DNA of 64,000 nt, taken from Tubiluchus corallicola (lineage: Eukaryota > Animalia > Priapulida). This document shows positions 15,001 to 27,302 of the stretch, in pieces (the stretch's first letter is position 1; the number at the start of each line of letters is the position of its first letter). Position numbers and translations under genes: made by a program. Location: NCBI GenBank assembly GCA_030141605.1, contig JAQGDQ010000448.1, forward strand, positions 124,001 through 188,000, given 5' to 3'. The notes under the pieces are model-generated. The model was not told where the DNA came from. It did no database searches and was given only the letters and a program-made list of their open reading frames with translations.

Positions 15001-18000
15001 CATCCATGTATAAACCAACTCTAGCATTGATAACCTACTATTTTAGGTTTTTGGTAGGACAAAATAAGTTACTTCTGAAGTAGAGGAGACTCTAGACTGG
15101 CTTGATTTTTCTCTCCTGTCATCATGTTTTTCCACTCATCAACTGTGATGCTGGGATAAAATTGCCCCTAAAAATGAAAGGGAAACATTACTACAACAAC
15201 AGTATATTCAGAGCCTGCTAACACACAGAGCAGAAATAAATATAAGTCTTGTTTGTATAGTTTGACATTTTTTATATGATAGATAATGAAGATGCTTGAT
15301 ACATTTTATTGGTGCCGAGATTAAAAATGCACCCATTGTATCCTAATGGATATTGTAGTTCATGTTATGGATTAAGCACAAACAGTAAACACAGAAAATA
15401 TTTTTTTTATTTTTTGTAAGAAAATGACAACTGCTCATTCCTCAATTGCTCATGGCTTCAAAGCAACATGAAGAAATTTCACAAAAATGTTAGGAGTGTT
15501 TTTTTAATGTTAATGCTCTAGTTCTGGCCTATCTTACCTTACCTGGTGCTTTAAATACTTCCTAGTCAGGCAGCGCTGATGCTGAACATCTGAACAACTT
15601 CCTAGCCAGGTTGCTCAGATGCTGGCTTAAGAGGTGACTAATAAACATCTCATTTTTTAAAATTTATTGTACTGTTGTTAGGCTGTAACTGATCTCCTCG
15701 TCAGACAAAAGCAACTCACAGTTGGTATGCCACCCGAGCCACGAGAAAGAACTATTACTAGACCATTGCCACCTGAAGAACTGAGAGACATAATCAGTGA
15801 AGCATATGGAGAAGACAGTAGTACAGCTATGCTGACACAGGTAACTTGCTGTATGAAGTTTTTTACATTTCCATTTTTTTACTGTTTAGAATTTTTCTTC
15901 TTGAACGTATTTATACTACTACTGTTTAGAATTTTTCTTCTTGAACATATTTATATTGACCAATGTTTTATTTCGATTAACAGGAATTGATTATATATTT
16001 GGCAATGTTCATCAGAACGGAGCCAGAATTATTTCGATGTATGTTGAGATTACGCATTGGGCTTATTGTCCAAGTTATGGCCTCAGAACTGGCAAGGACA
16101 CTTAATTGCTCTGGTGAGTCTTGGACTCGTTTAATATTATTTGTTAAGCCACCATTCAAGTTTTCAAGTTTTTGCTTTAGCTGCAGGATTGTATAAAATC
16201 TGTTGCATAGTAGTCAGATGATTTAGAAATTATCTTTTAGTTGATTTTGTCTTAATGTGGGTTTGCTGCAGAAAAAACTTCAGTACTTTATCTTAGTAGT
16301 CAAAATATCAAAATCAGTTTTATTATTTCATTACTGTTGATGCGGATAATTCATTTTTTACTTTGTTTGTTCTGATATCTAAGTTAAAGCTGCACTTTAT
16401 TTATTTTGCTAAAAGTTTTATAATTTGCTCCATTTGCAGCATGTGATAGAATTAGTTTGAAAATGCTTAGTCACTTGGTGTTTCTTTCTAGTAATATAGT
16501 CTGTAAGACAATTGTAAAAGCCATAATTGTTTATTTCTGAAAATTGGCCAAACTTTTGCAAGCTGAGGCTTAATCACTCCTCTTTTTAAATGACTGTTTT
16601 TCATGCTTATATCAAAAGATGTAGAAAATGTGGGTGAGTAGCTTGTGCTTTCTCCAGTTCTGTTCATGTGTCCTACTGATATTTTGCTGTATGCATTGTG
16701 GTAAAATCTATAATTTAACGAATACCCTACTGTCTGCACTTTGGTTTGGCAAATGGCTCACACTTCAAAATTACTGTAATTCGACTATATGAAATTTTCT
16801 CATGCAAATAAAAGTCATGTCAGAAGTTGTATTATTGTGTTACTATTATGATGAAGTTGAAGTTTTAACTCTACATTATGAATCTTCCAACAGTTACAAA
16901 AAGGTTACGTGCTTGTTATTTGTAAGCCACTTAGTTCTGATTTAATTAGAAACTGGCACAACATACAGCAATGAATAAAATATTGCATTTAATATTTAAA
17001 GTGCTACTAGCTTATAAAGAGTTGTGCATTTCGTTATTGTTAGTTGTTCTGACCTGTCGATAGTTTATTCGTGATTTATGGAAACTAAAATGTGGAAAAT
17101 GTCTGCAGCAGTGTGAATAATGTGTTACACAATGTTGATGTAGTTTTGTTATTTCATGTCTGATGTGCTTTGAAATTGAAGATTGCTTCAAATATGATGT
17201 TTTACATTCAAATGAACAAACTGGTTGCTACATTTTAATTGAGCAGTGTGTGTTAAAAGCAGAAGTTTGTTTCTGTCTAGTGAATGTGAGGAAAAAGAGC
17301 TATGTGATGGATGATTACTCATGGCTTGAAACATTAGCATAAGTTGAATTAGCTAATCCAGAAGGTTGTAATTGTAAATTCATGTGCAATAAGATGCTTT
17401 ACTTAATATTTCTATATTTGTATGTAATACTTTATGTTATAAATGAAGTAAGTTGCTGTCGGCTTTTCCTGTTGTAATCATTGATGATGTTTTTAATTTT
17501 ATTGTTGCTAATAACAAGTGTTTGTGTTTATAGGTGAGAAAGCTACAGAAGATCTACTGAATTTGAGTCCATTTGAGTTGAAGACACTGCTGCATCACAT
17601 TCTTAGTGGCAAAGAATTACGAGTACACGTAGATGTTGGTACGTATTACTACATTGCCTTTTATATTTAAAACGTTTGATACATTTATGGAAATTGCAAT
17701 CTAAGACCTGGGGCTATAAACGTTTTTAGCTCACTCTTACAAATTTAAATATAATCTTCGTTTATTAATTTTACAAAGTGTGTTACACTTGCTGTAAACA
17801 GATATAGTTTCAGGCAAACAAATAAAATTCAAGTTGGATGCATTTGTACAAAATCTAAATTTTAGTAAATTACTTAGTGTAAGTGCTTATGACTGCAGCC
17901 TGATTTAACTGACTGTTATTTCACTGCATTGATTGCTGTGTAGAAGCAAATCCCGACGGTGATCAGATGACAGTGAAAGAGTGTGCTAAAGCAGAAGATT

Positions 18001-21000
18001 TGGGCATGACGCAAGTTGCAGAGGAAATTAAGGTCCAATATAATTAACACTGTGTGTTGTATTTTGTTTGCTGACGAAATTAACTAGATGTTTAGTCAGT
18101 AGTTTGCTGTGATATAAAATAGCTGCTTTGTTGGTTTTTACATGCAGTTGGAAATCACTAACAATGCTTGATAGAGCCATTTTCTTCCAACTTACAGTAG
18201 ATTCTAACTAGAAAGCAACTAGTAGTTGCTAAGTACAATGTATTTAGACTGCTGTAAGTGAAAGAAAATGGCTGTGGAGAAAGAAAAACAACTTATATTA
18301 CACAATATTATTATCAATACTCTATGTACTGTTCTTGCTTTGGTTTGCATCATAGATTTAAATGTCAGGCATGTGCAGATTGAGATTGCTAGACTTCTGC
18401 GAAAAAGTGAGGCAACAATGAGCACAATTCTACAGCCTGTTGTTTGGGAAGAAATGGGTGCCATGTTGTACAATAAACAGTCTGCATTTGACTGTATGGC
18501 AGAGACAACTCTTGAGCAATACACTTTTGAAATATTGTTTCATATGCCGGCTTAGCAATGTCTCTTTACATGTGCATGGCCTTTAAATTAGTGGCTTTAA
18601 GTATTGTTGCCTTTTGTATGTGTTGTTTTTACATGTTGCACTGTAGTTAATTATTTTAGATACTTACGTTGCTTGATGTAGCTGATGTCGTTATTTCTGC
18701 TTGTTTGCATGGTTATCTCATTCTTTGTTTGTTTAATGCTTGTTTGATTATTTGCATTTGATTAGTATCTGGACGAGATACAATTACAGACCGTGATCAT
18801 ACTATAGAGGAGATAATATTGCATCAGGTATGTAGATACCTATACGTGAAAAATGCATTCAAACCTTTTCTAATGTGGCATGACAGATCCTAGTGTATAC
18901 TGAAAGAATATTACTATAGATGCCGAATTTGGCCTGTTAAGTGTTTAATTTTGCTGGAATTTAATTTCTCGCATATTTTGTAGGCTGTGACTTTGTATGT
19001 AGGCCTACTGCACCCAAATGCATACTCAGAAAGTATTGTCTTCATGCTTTTGATTGCAATTTAAATTGTTTCTTTTGATAAATAAATGACTTCTTTTGAT
19101 AAATAAATGGCAGCTCAAATATCAGTACTTCATGATTAAGCGGTAAAGCTACAACATCTCTGGACATTCAGTGAAATTTCATCTTACCATGAGGTAGCAA
19201 ATGCAAGCAATTAATTACATCAACGAAGTTGTTTGCCATCATCTAGCTATTTATTATAAATAGTAGAGCAAATATATTCTCAGCAGATTTCCGTTAGTTT
19301 AGTCGATACTTTATAAATAGCTAATACAGTTTGTGAAATTTTGTGAAAGATATTGCCATTAAAACAATTGCTAAGTGCACAGTTGTAAGTAAGGACTTAC
19401 TGTACTGATTAGTACAGAATTCTGTGAGTAATAACAGTCTTAATTTGGGTATGATTCATGCCAGGGTCTTGGTTTATCACAAATCTCCCAGTTTGCAAAT
19501 TGCCAAACGGCATATAAAATCTCTGTATTAAATTGCGACAAAACAACTTAACAAATTGTTTGAACTGATATAATTAGATGGCTTCATGTCAATTTCATGC
19601 AAGTTTTTAAAATAAGAATTATTTGAATCTGTATCCAACTTTTGTTGTGACTGCTAAAAATCTAAATTTTTAGCTGTGTACATCACTACAGTCATCAAAC
19701 AGTACACTTTTATTTGTCTTGTACAGAATGGAAAATAAAAAAATGAATTCCAATTGAAATTAAATACATTTGTACTACCATTTCTTCCTTTTTGGTATTG
19801 ATTGCTACTGACTGCTTCCTTCCTCCACTAATCATGCATTTTAAACTTTATGCTCCTATGATCACAACAGGATTTGTAATTGCCTTTTTTAGAGTAGTAG
19901 CTATAGCACATGTTTTTCTTATTCTAGCATGCGCTGATTGTTAATATGGTAATGTCTTTTGTGTTACAGTCTAACTAGTAACTTTACATTACTTCTGTAA
20001 TAAGGTAATATGAGATGCAAGTTTATTCGAGAAAATTGTATTTAATAAGTATTAGAAACGTACTAAAAGAGTTCTTAGTTTAACAGTGTACTGATTGCAA
20101 TACTTAGATTAAGTGATCTTTGTCATAAGAAAATTATTGCTCTGCTCTACTGTAGAGAAACATATCAAAGTAGCCAATCTTTTACTAGCTATATCCAGTC
20201 GATCACTCAGAATATCGGTTTGTTAACAACTTAAGTCGATCAATCATAATAATTATTTGTTTTCAACTTAAGTTAGTGCTTAATATTTATTCTTTACTAA
20301 TAGTGGCTTATTAGATGTAAAAAAATGTATTATTCTCCATCACAGTTTTCACATCGAGACTCATTAGCGTCCGCTATTGAAGGAGGAAAATCTGTAAGAT
20401 CAGGCAACGGCTTTGCAGATGATGTGTCCAGACAGGGACAGTGGCTGCGGAGACGTCGCTTAGATGGCGCTCTGAACAGAGTACCAGTAGATTTCTATCC
20501 AAAGCTTTGGAATGTTCTAGAAAAGGTATTGTTTGGAATACCCGCATATTTTCTTCCGATCTTTCTCATTACTTTGTTTTTAATAATCGTTGCCAGTAGA
20601 TACTTTAATTGTTTTTTTAATCTATTTCTATTTGTATCTTGCAGTGTCATGGATTGTCTATACATGGTCATGTTTTACCACAAAGTTTAACCAGAGAGGT
20701 AAGTTTTCATGGGTGCTGTCAGGTAGAACTGTTGTATAACTGTCATAACTGGTAAATGTGCGCTTCATATTATTGTCTAGCAGGTTTTTGCACCTTTGCT
20801 CATTATGCCTTTTTGTTCATTCTAGATGACACCTGGTGAAACAAAATTTGCTTTGCAAGTTGAGGCGGTGCTAAATCGGATCCCACAACCTGAATATCGC
20901 CAGTTAATGGTCGAAGCACTCATGGTGCTCACCCTCGTGGTGGAAACAGACAAGAAATGCAACCTGGGTGGAATAATTCATGTGGAACATCTTGTTGCAG

Positions 21001-22698
21001 AAGCCAATAGATTATTTCTCATGGATCAGGTAGGGAAATCAGATAACATTAACTTTTTAACTTTTCAAAATTGTTAATGTTAAAATGTTTTTTTTTAATT
21101 TTGCTGCAAATTTATGCATGTGTTACTCAAAAGAGGACACAATCTCATGTCCATTTGCACATGACATGTTCTTTTCTAGTAAAGATTCCCATGCCTTAAG
21201 GGTAGAAAGGTAGAAGTTTTTACTTATGCATTTCGTAATAATTCTTGTACAACAGTTTTTACTGAATCTGGTGTAAGAGTTTTCCTGTAATTGCATTGTA
21301 TAAATTGTAGTGCACATAATGCATAGTGCATCATTCGAACAGCATTGAAATTTTTCCGATTCACACTGTGAAACAATATTTGTAATTATTTCGGTGACTT
21401 TCCACTTTTGCCAAATGCAAAACACTAACACTCGGCCACTAGAAATGGGCTGCAATGGGAATGAAGCTGCCTGTTTCTATTCTCTTTTGTGTTTAAATGG
21501 TTGTCTGTCTGCTATAAGGCTAAGCAGCTGTCATTGGACCTCTCGTACATCATTTACTTTTTTATAATATTAATTAAAACTCACTGGGGTGTGTAAATAA
21601 AAAAGTAAACAAATGCTAATTATGTTTATAGTACCTGTTAACTAGTACTAACTATGTGTTCTTGTTGTGGACAAATGGCCTATATTAGGCCTTGGAGGCC
21701 AAATTAAGATGTAATATATATAACTCGCCAATAAAAACATGCCTTCTGACAATATTCTTTTTACAATTTTCTGTGTGTATATTTAGTGCAGCTTTTACCA
21801 ATACAGCAAAATAGTCAAAGATATGACATAAGCTTGGTGGAAAATGGAAACGGTGCACAGTAACATTTCTTGTATATTTATGCACATTGTGAATTACTCC
21901 CCCCCTTTTCCAGCATTCACATGACCAAGAAATATTTTCTGTGGCTGAGGGTTAAACCCAAATTATAATAAAAAAATTTTGGTCAGATAAGATTGAAAAG
22001 ATCAGCATTCTCAAATGCTTGTATACTAAGAGTGGAAGTTTGCTGCAGTTTTGCAGTTTTTCTCAAATTTTAAGGAAAGACAATGGCTTCAGTTAATTTT
22101 TGTAACTAAGAATGATTCAAAGTGTGCTGATATGCTGTTGCACATACTTGCATAGGTCATGATGAGCTTATAGGAATAGTCAATACAGTTTATGAATCAT
22201 GCATTATTTTCACGCCATGTTATACATGTCAGACAATAAGCACACATCGACGACAAGACTCCATTTTTAGAAAATATACTTAACACATCTTTTCAAGACA
22301 TTTACAGACTTGCTAATTCTGTCACCCGCTATTTTCAATGTAAATAGTTGGTAATTTTTTTACAAATTGCATTTTAAATTTATGACATGGAAATTCTCAA
22401 AATCTGTAAAGCTCTGTGCCAAAGGTTGCAATAATTGCTGATTGTATTCATATTATTACTGTTTTAGTCTCGAGTTGGTGGTGATGCTACACTGTGTTGC
22501 GCTGGTGCCGCAGCTCCCATTGCTGTTCCGGGGAAAGTACCTGTTCTAAAATGTGGAGGAAAGGCTGGGGTTTGCCAATTATTCTACGACAGCGCTCCTA
22601 GTGGCAGGTTTGGAACTATGACGTACTTGTGCAAGGCCGTGGCACAGCTACTTAATATTTTCCCAGCAACTGGAGATTTGGAATGTGTGATTAGCTAG
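53..22698 (+). CDS. PHKA: Phosphorylase b kinase regulatory subunit alpha (PHKA1/2-like), multi-exon, 5'-partial
   Basis: GT-AG exons that join in frame: 53-216, 835-975, 1132-1236, 1538-1591, 2571-2693, 2992-3087, 3183-3369, 3624-3758, 4013-4122, [4943-5087 or 5426-5579], 6176-6251, 7828-7919, 8236-8409, 12599-12825, 13368-13492, 13922-14000, 14748-14825, 15682-15840, 15984-16113, 17534-17638, [17944-18032 or 18766-18827], 20346-20525, 20645-20698, 20826-21029, 22468-22698. Motifs match recalled human PHKA: [85 protein letters not shown]-terminal CAAX is CVIS*. Confidence 0.97.
2085..2461. mobile_element. hAT-type MITE in a PHKA intron
   Basis: Imperfect TIRs CAGTGCCGGAT...ATCAGCCCTG, flanked by a perfect 8-bp direct repeat GTTATACA (2077-2084 and 2462-2469). 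An 8-bp TSD is typical of hAT elements. Confidence 0.8.
4943..5087 (+). CDS. PHKA: PHKA mutually exclusive exon A ([48 protein letters not shown])
   Basis: TTCTAG acceptor, G|GTGTG donor, 145 nt, phase 0 to 1. Homologous to human [32 protein letters not shown]. Confidence 0.9.
5426..5579 (+). CDS. PHKA: PHKA mutually exclusive exon B ([51 protein letters not shown])
   Basis: TTTTAG acceptor, G|GTAAG donor, 154 nt, phase 0 to 1. Paralogous to exon A (shared FY....D..LLL.M..TD...[10 protein letters not shown]). Confidence 0.9.
6786..7154. mobile_element. Degenerate hAT-like MITE
   Basis: Starts CAGGGGCGTATC. GC-rich subterminal GCGCCCTAGG/GCCTAG motifs resemble the right end of the element at 2085-2461. 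No intact TSD. Confidence 0.45.
9027..9077 (+). CDS. PHKA: Candidate PHKA cassette exon, 51 nt ([17 protein letters not shown])
   Basis: TAACAG acceptor, CAG|GTTAGT donor. Symmetric phase 1-1 and open in the frame required by the flanking exons. Confidence 0.6.
10113..10145 (+). CDS. PHKA: Candidate PHKA microexon, 33 nt ([11 protein letters not shown])
   Basis: Perfect TACTAAC branch point at 10091-10097, long upstream pyrimidine tract, TATAG acceptor, AAG|GTTAGT donor. Symmetric phase 1-1, open frame. Confidence 0.65.
15881..15960. repeat. 40-bp tandem duplication in a short intron
   Basis: ACTGTTTAGAATTTTTCTTCTTGAAC(G/A)TATTTATA occurs twice head-to-tail. Confidence 0.85.
16619..16633 (+). 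CDS. PHKA: Candidate PHKA 15-nt microexon (DVENV)
   Basis: Pyrimidine tract with TGC, AAG acceptor, G|GTGAGT consensus donor. Symmetric phase 1-1 inside a phase-1 intron. Confidence 0.45.
18766..18827 (+). CDS. PHKA: Candidate PHKA alternative exon ([21 protein letters not shown]), exclusive with 17944-18032
   Basis: T-rich tract and ATTAG acceptor, CAG|GTATGT donor. Open in phase 1 to 0, the same phases as exon 17944-18032, and stopped in phase 0. Confidence 0.6.
19069..19110. repeat. 21-bp tandem duplication
   Basis: TTCTTTTGATAAATAAATG(A/G)C twice. Confidence 0.8.
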
Positions 22699-24809
22699 GA
22701 GTTTTACTAGTCATTTGTGAAGTTGTGCATACAGGTGTTTACTTTTGAGCACCTTGGTTTGTTAAAGTGTTTGAGCTTTAGTATTGTTGCTCACATTTCT
22801 GGTGTTGGTGCTGTATTGGTGCTTAGCATGTATTAGAATCTTTACTTCTAGTTTTTTTCATAAAAATTGTATTAACTTTTTTATTTTTTTATCGCGTTTT
22901 CATCAATTGCTGTAATATATCTTAAATAATGCCTTAAACTTGTATTTCAGCAGCTTGCTAGTTTCTGTATTTTGTATGGGTAGACTTCATTATTTGCAGA
23001 TATAACATTCCAGACTTAAATACCAGATACTGCATGTAATAACGTGTAAACAACTGTGCACGTAAAATGTAAAAAGAATTTGCATTACCATTAAAATTTT
23101 ATCATTAAAATAAATTAAAATAATGGTAAGATATGTTTTGTCTACCTTGAATACCGTGAATAATGAAGTGTACTTTTACGTCTTTTGGCATACTGTCCAA
23201 AGTGGCATGTATATTGCATTGATGCTTTACAGTTACTTTAGTTTGCAGACTATGACTATTTTATGCCTATTATAGCCGTTCTTTTCTACTTCATCTGTCC
23301 ATTTCATTTGTTTCATGATTTTGTTCATTAGTGTTATCCAAATACATATCAATGTGATAATACATGATAGCTCGTACTTGTGTTATACTCAACACTAATT
23401 TGTGCTTATGCTCATGACGTTCGTGGCCATGTAGATCACAGTGCCTATGCTTGCCGCCAAGTTGCTGGATCTCACGTATGCTAACTTAACATGTAACACA
23501 ATACTGTTTAAGAGACTATATCAATTAGTCCATAAAGGCATCCCTATTTTGCATTATTTATAAAAAAATAATGTGACAATTAGGAGAAAACTGTATGAAT
23601 TTGTTTTTTTATACATTTTGTTACAGTCGTACCATGGGGGAATATTGAAAACTTAATTATGTGAAAAGTTTGTGCCTTTATGAGTTGCATCCTCTGTCCA
23701 CCATTAAGTATGCATTGTCTCTGATACTGTTTCTTATAGGTCTTGCATGTATACGTACTAAAGCAGTTGTGTTCCTTAGTATATTTATTATGGCAACAGT
23801 CAAAGTTTGATAACAACTGGCACTCAAATTATGCCTTGTAACAATATTATGTACCATATAAGTATACAGTGTGTAAACTTATTAATCAGAATTTACAGAA
23901 TTTTGCAATACATGTAAAGACATCTAATCTGTATGACATTTCGAATTTGGACTGATCGATGGACAGAGTTTTACAGTATCTCATATACTAGGTGCGCTAC
24001 AGTTTAATTTTACACTTCTGCAACAGTTGAGTTAGCAAAACTATCTTGTTCTTCAGTGTCTGTTGCAGACTTACAGGTACAACTTTTAACTTTACTTTTT
24101 ACTCTTGTTTTTGAAAAGGTATAGTTGCCATTTTTATAGTTTTAGTTAACAAGTTAGAATGAGAATTGACTTAGAAAAGAATCATTTCTCGTATATTAGC
24201 AGATATGTGTTGAAACTAAACAATTTATAGTGCATGTTTGTTACTGTTGACAGTTTGTACAAATGGTACAAATTGAAACAGTTATAGTTTCGTGTAGATA
24301 ATGAATAGCATTTATTCTTTGAGCACAAATTGGTTAATTGCTCTACTTGTCAAATTGAAGTATTGAAATAGAAATTCACAGTTAGCAGGCATCAATGCTT
24401 TGAATATTTGATCTAAATTTGTTTACTGTCGAGTATCTACTTTAACTTATTATTTTGATTGTTTTTTGAATTGAGAGAAACTTGTTACTTGGAGCTGAAG
24501 TAAAACTTCGGCAGTTTGCATAATGTTGGTTAACATTGTATGGGTTGTTTGCAAAGCTATCATCATTTGCTCGATTTTCATTCTACTTTTGTGAGAATGT
24601 GTGTGTTTATGTACCATATGGTTTATAGATTCAATTTCTCCTCATTTGCATATGCACAAATATATGCAATACACAGTTCTGATTGTTGGAAAAGTCTGTT
24701 TATTATTGTTTTTTTGTTTTGCAAATTACAAATCTTCGCAGACAAGCTGTTACTCAAAGTTGTTCTAACACGCTACAATGCTACATCACTTTTTAAGTGT
24801 ACAAGAAGA

Positions 24810-25400
24810 CGGTTTAGGTCCGTTTCCCCCCACAAAACTTTTTTCAAAGAAAAACCATTTCCAAGAAAAAATAACTTCCCAGAAAAAATTTGCCAGGAAT
24901 TTTTTCGCAGATAAACGTTGTTTTACAGAAAGTAGTTTTCATAAAAACCCATTTCACCGAAATATTTCCCAGAAAAATGTTTGACAAAAAAATCGTGGAT
25001 ACGTTTTCAAGTGCTAAATCTGCAATTTTAGTAGGTAACAAACCACACAGATTTATTAAACTATCTTTGAGTCACCATTTGCCCAATAAATTATGCTCCT
25101 GCGGAACACTTTTTTACAGGTCGTCTTATGACCAGATCCTTTCGAATCACAGCTATTAAAAATAATTGCCCAAGATTGATTTTCCTAGGCGGTTTTCAAA
25201 CAAATCAGTTGCCAGGCTTGGTATTGCTTAACTTTGATTAAAATAAACTAGTTTTTATTGTGCTTTGTTTAAAAAGATTTATTACATTTTAGGTGAATTT
25301 CATTTTCTATGAAATGACGGTATTGGGAAATGGCAATTCTGAGAAATATCTTTTCTGTGAAAATGTTTTTCTATAAAATAAAAAAGTTTACTGTGAGTTG
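24810..25400. mobile_element. Foldback/MITE-like element with subterminal arrays of ~15-bp degenerate repeats
   Basis: Left arm (~24820-24990) repeats TTTCCCAGAAAAA-like units. Right arm (~25295-25380) has reverse-complement units such as TTTTCTATGAAA, TTCTGAGAAA and TTTTCTGTGAAAA. Ends are approximate. Confidence 0.55.
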
Positions 25401-25894
25401 TGAGTTGAATTAATTTCTGGTGGATTTAAACTGTTTACAAAATGTTAACAACTTTTTCGATTCACTGGAACCACTGGGAATTCAGTTGATGCAGATGACA
25501 CACAGTACAGTTAAATGAAACAAATCCATTGTGGGGAATTTAATAGTCATCGGCACATAATAGTCACGTGTGTTAGCACACAGAAAGTAAAAGCCGATAG
25601 GGAAATTAAACACGTAATTTCCCTTCATAGATGCTGAGTTAGTTGGTCAAGTTCAGCTTATATAGACAAGGTGAATACCAAGAATCTGGGATGTTTTTGA
25701 TGTCGGTTTTACTTTTGCCAAGTTTGAAATGTATACGTACCATTTTATTTACATAATGTGCATTCTATACACATTCTACAATCCACTCGCCAGTTCCTTG
25801 CACTAGCACTGTTCATTGTACTAGTGGGAATGTGCCAATATGTAATTTCTGTAGATGTAATGAATGACAAAAGATTGTTCGAATAACTAACAGA

Positions 25895-25990
25895 TCAGTT
25901 CAGTGACTTAGGTTGATTGAGTGACTGAGTAACTAGAGTGAGTGGACAGGTCGATTGAGTGACTGAGTAACTAGCTCCTCAATGACTAGG
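25895..25990. repeat. Short direct repeats GT(T/C)GATTGAGTGACTGAGTAACTAG
   Basis: Two near-identical ~25-bp copies plus partial copies. Confidence 0.7.
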
Positions 25991-26189
25991 CCGAGTGGCG
26001 CGATTCATTGCCAAGCTTGAAGCGAATGCAAAATTGCTAAAATTAATTATGATTTACATTTATAACTACATCAGTTACATCTCATTTTCTTTTCCACTAA
26101 TACATTTCTGCAACACAATACGCTTGTATTAGCGTTGTTTACTAACAGCAACTGGGGATTCCCCTAATTTGAAGGGCGTAGTTTGGGAC

Positions 26190-26380
26190 GCGGGTGGACG
26201 TAATTTTGAGCGTTCATTCGCTAAATTGATGGACATATTCCAATGGACGTCCGTTAACTATTCAATGAACCTGTTGAACGTAATTTTGGAAACAATGGAC
26301 GAAAGTTGAGCGCCCTTTTACTAAACTTGTGGACCTACGTAATATTGAACATGATGGATGTAACTTTGAGCATTCGTCGT
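26190..26380. repeat. Degenerate minisatellite (TGGACGTAA...TTGAGC units)
   Basis: Recurring TGGAC(G)TAA / TTTGAGC motifs at irregular spacing. Confidence 0.45.
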
Positions 26381-27031
26381 TATTTGCTGTATCAGTTTCC
26401 TAGTAATAGCCGCCAAGAGTTTTACAGTTGAAGGCCATAACACGAACTGTTGGAGCGGGGTTCCCCGTTCAGCACTAAAGCAAACATTGAATAAGCAGTA
26501 ACTAAACTAACCACTCAGATTTCTTGTTAAAACGCCCAGCGTTGTGCCGTAACATTACTTGAACACTAACAAACTACATGATTAAATCATTGAATTTAAA
26601 CATATTTTCGCTTTGATAATATATACTACACGTTTTCGTGATATCGAAACAGCATTTGATCACTTTTTTAACGTTTGACAACGAATACTACAAGTATAAC
26701 ATTATATGTTTTTGTCTTATTGTGAAAACTGACGCTACAACTTTTATAATTATATCTATTGGGAAAGAAAATAAAAGACGGTAAGGTCATTTTCGTGAAT
26801 CTCGCACTTCACCACTGGAATTATTTAAATAATTTTGATTTGCAGGTTGTCAGGCATGCTTCAGTCGTTTTGCTTTTCATTTGTCTAATGTTTTACTTAT
26901 AACTAATATTATTTTCCGTAATAGAAGGATTATTTATAATCTTAATGTCAAGATTATTATTAATGATTGAACAAACCAACAATAATTAAATTTTGATACC
27001 AAATTCGCAAGATAGAAAATGTGTACAGTTG

Positions 27032-27110
27032 GAACGCAACTTGGATTTGAACCAAGGATCTTCAGCTTAGAAGGTCGACCCGCAAAAGCGTTCAAATCCA
27101 GGCTGCATTC
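27032..27110 (-). pseudogene. tRNA-Arg(TCT)-like 3' half embedded in a 21-bp inverted repeat
   Basis: Minus strand reads TCGAC-CTTCTAA-GCTGA (anticodon arm, TCT), AGATC variable loop, CTTGG-TTCAAAT-CCAAG (perfect T arm). The D-arm region is replaced by an inverted copy of the 3' end. Confidence 0.55.
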
Positions 27111-27302
27111 AAAATTTTCACATTTACTGTTTTTCAAGTTTGATATGTATTAAAATTTAATTAATTGGGCGGTTTGTTTCGTCATTTCATCGTAGATTTT
27201 TATATTCACTGATCTCAATATCTGCAAAAGCTATTTGTTACCTTTTAGAAATTAACGATGGTGCTACTGGTCACCTTGAGATAAAAGCTTAACATTGTAA
27301 AT

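Noticed and set aside
18268-18555. 95-aa ORF in a PHKA intron as a further alternative exon
   Set aside because: No PHKA similarity and no donor giving the needed phase 1 to 0.
25895-26380. CRISPR-like array
   Set aside because: Repeats are few, degenerate and irregularly spaced, there are no cas genes, and the context is eukaryotic.
27032-27110. Functional tRNA gene or mitochondrial D-armless tRNA-Ser insertion
   Set aside because: No D arm or A box. The 5' side is better explained as an inverted duplication, and there is no flanking mitochondrial sequence.
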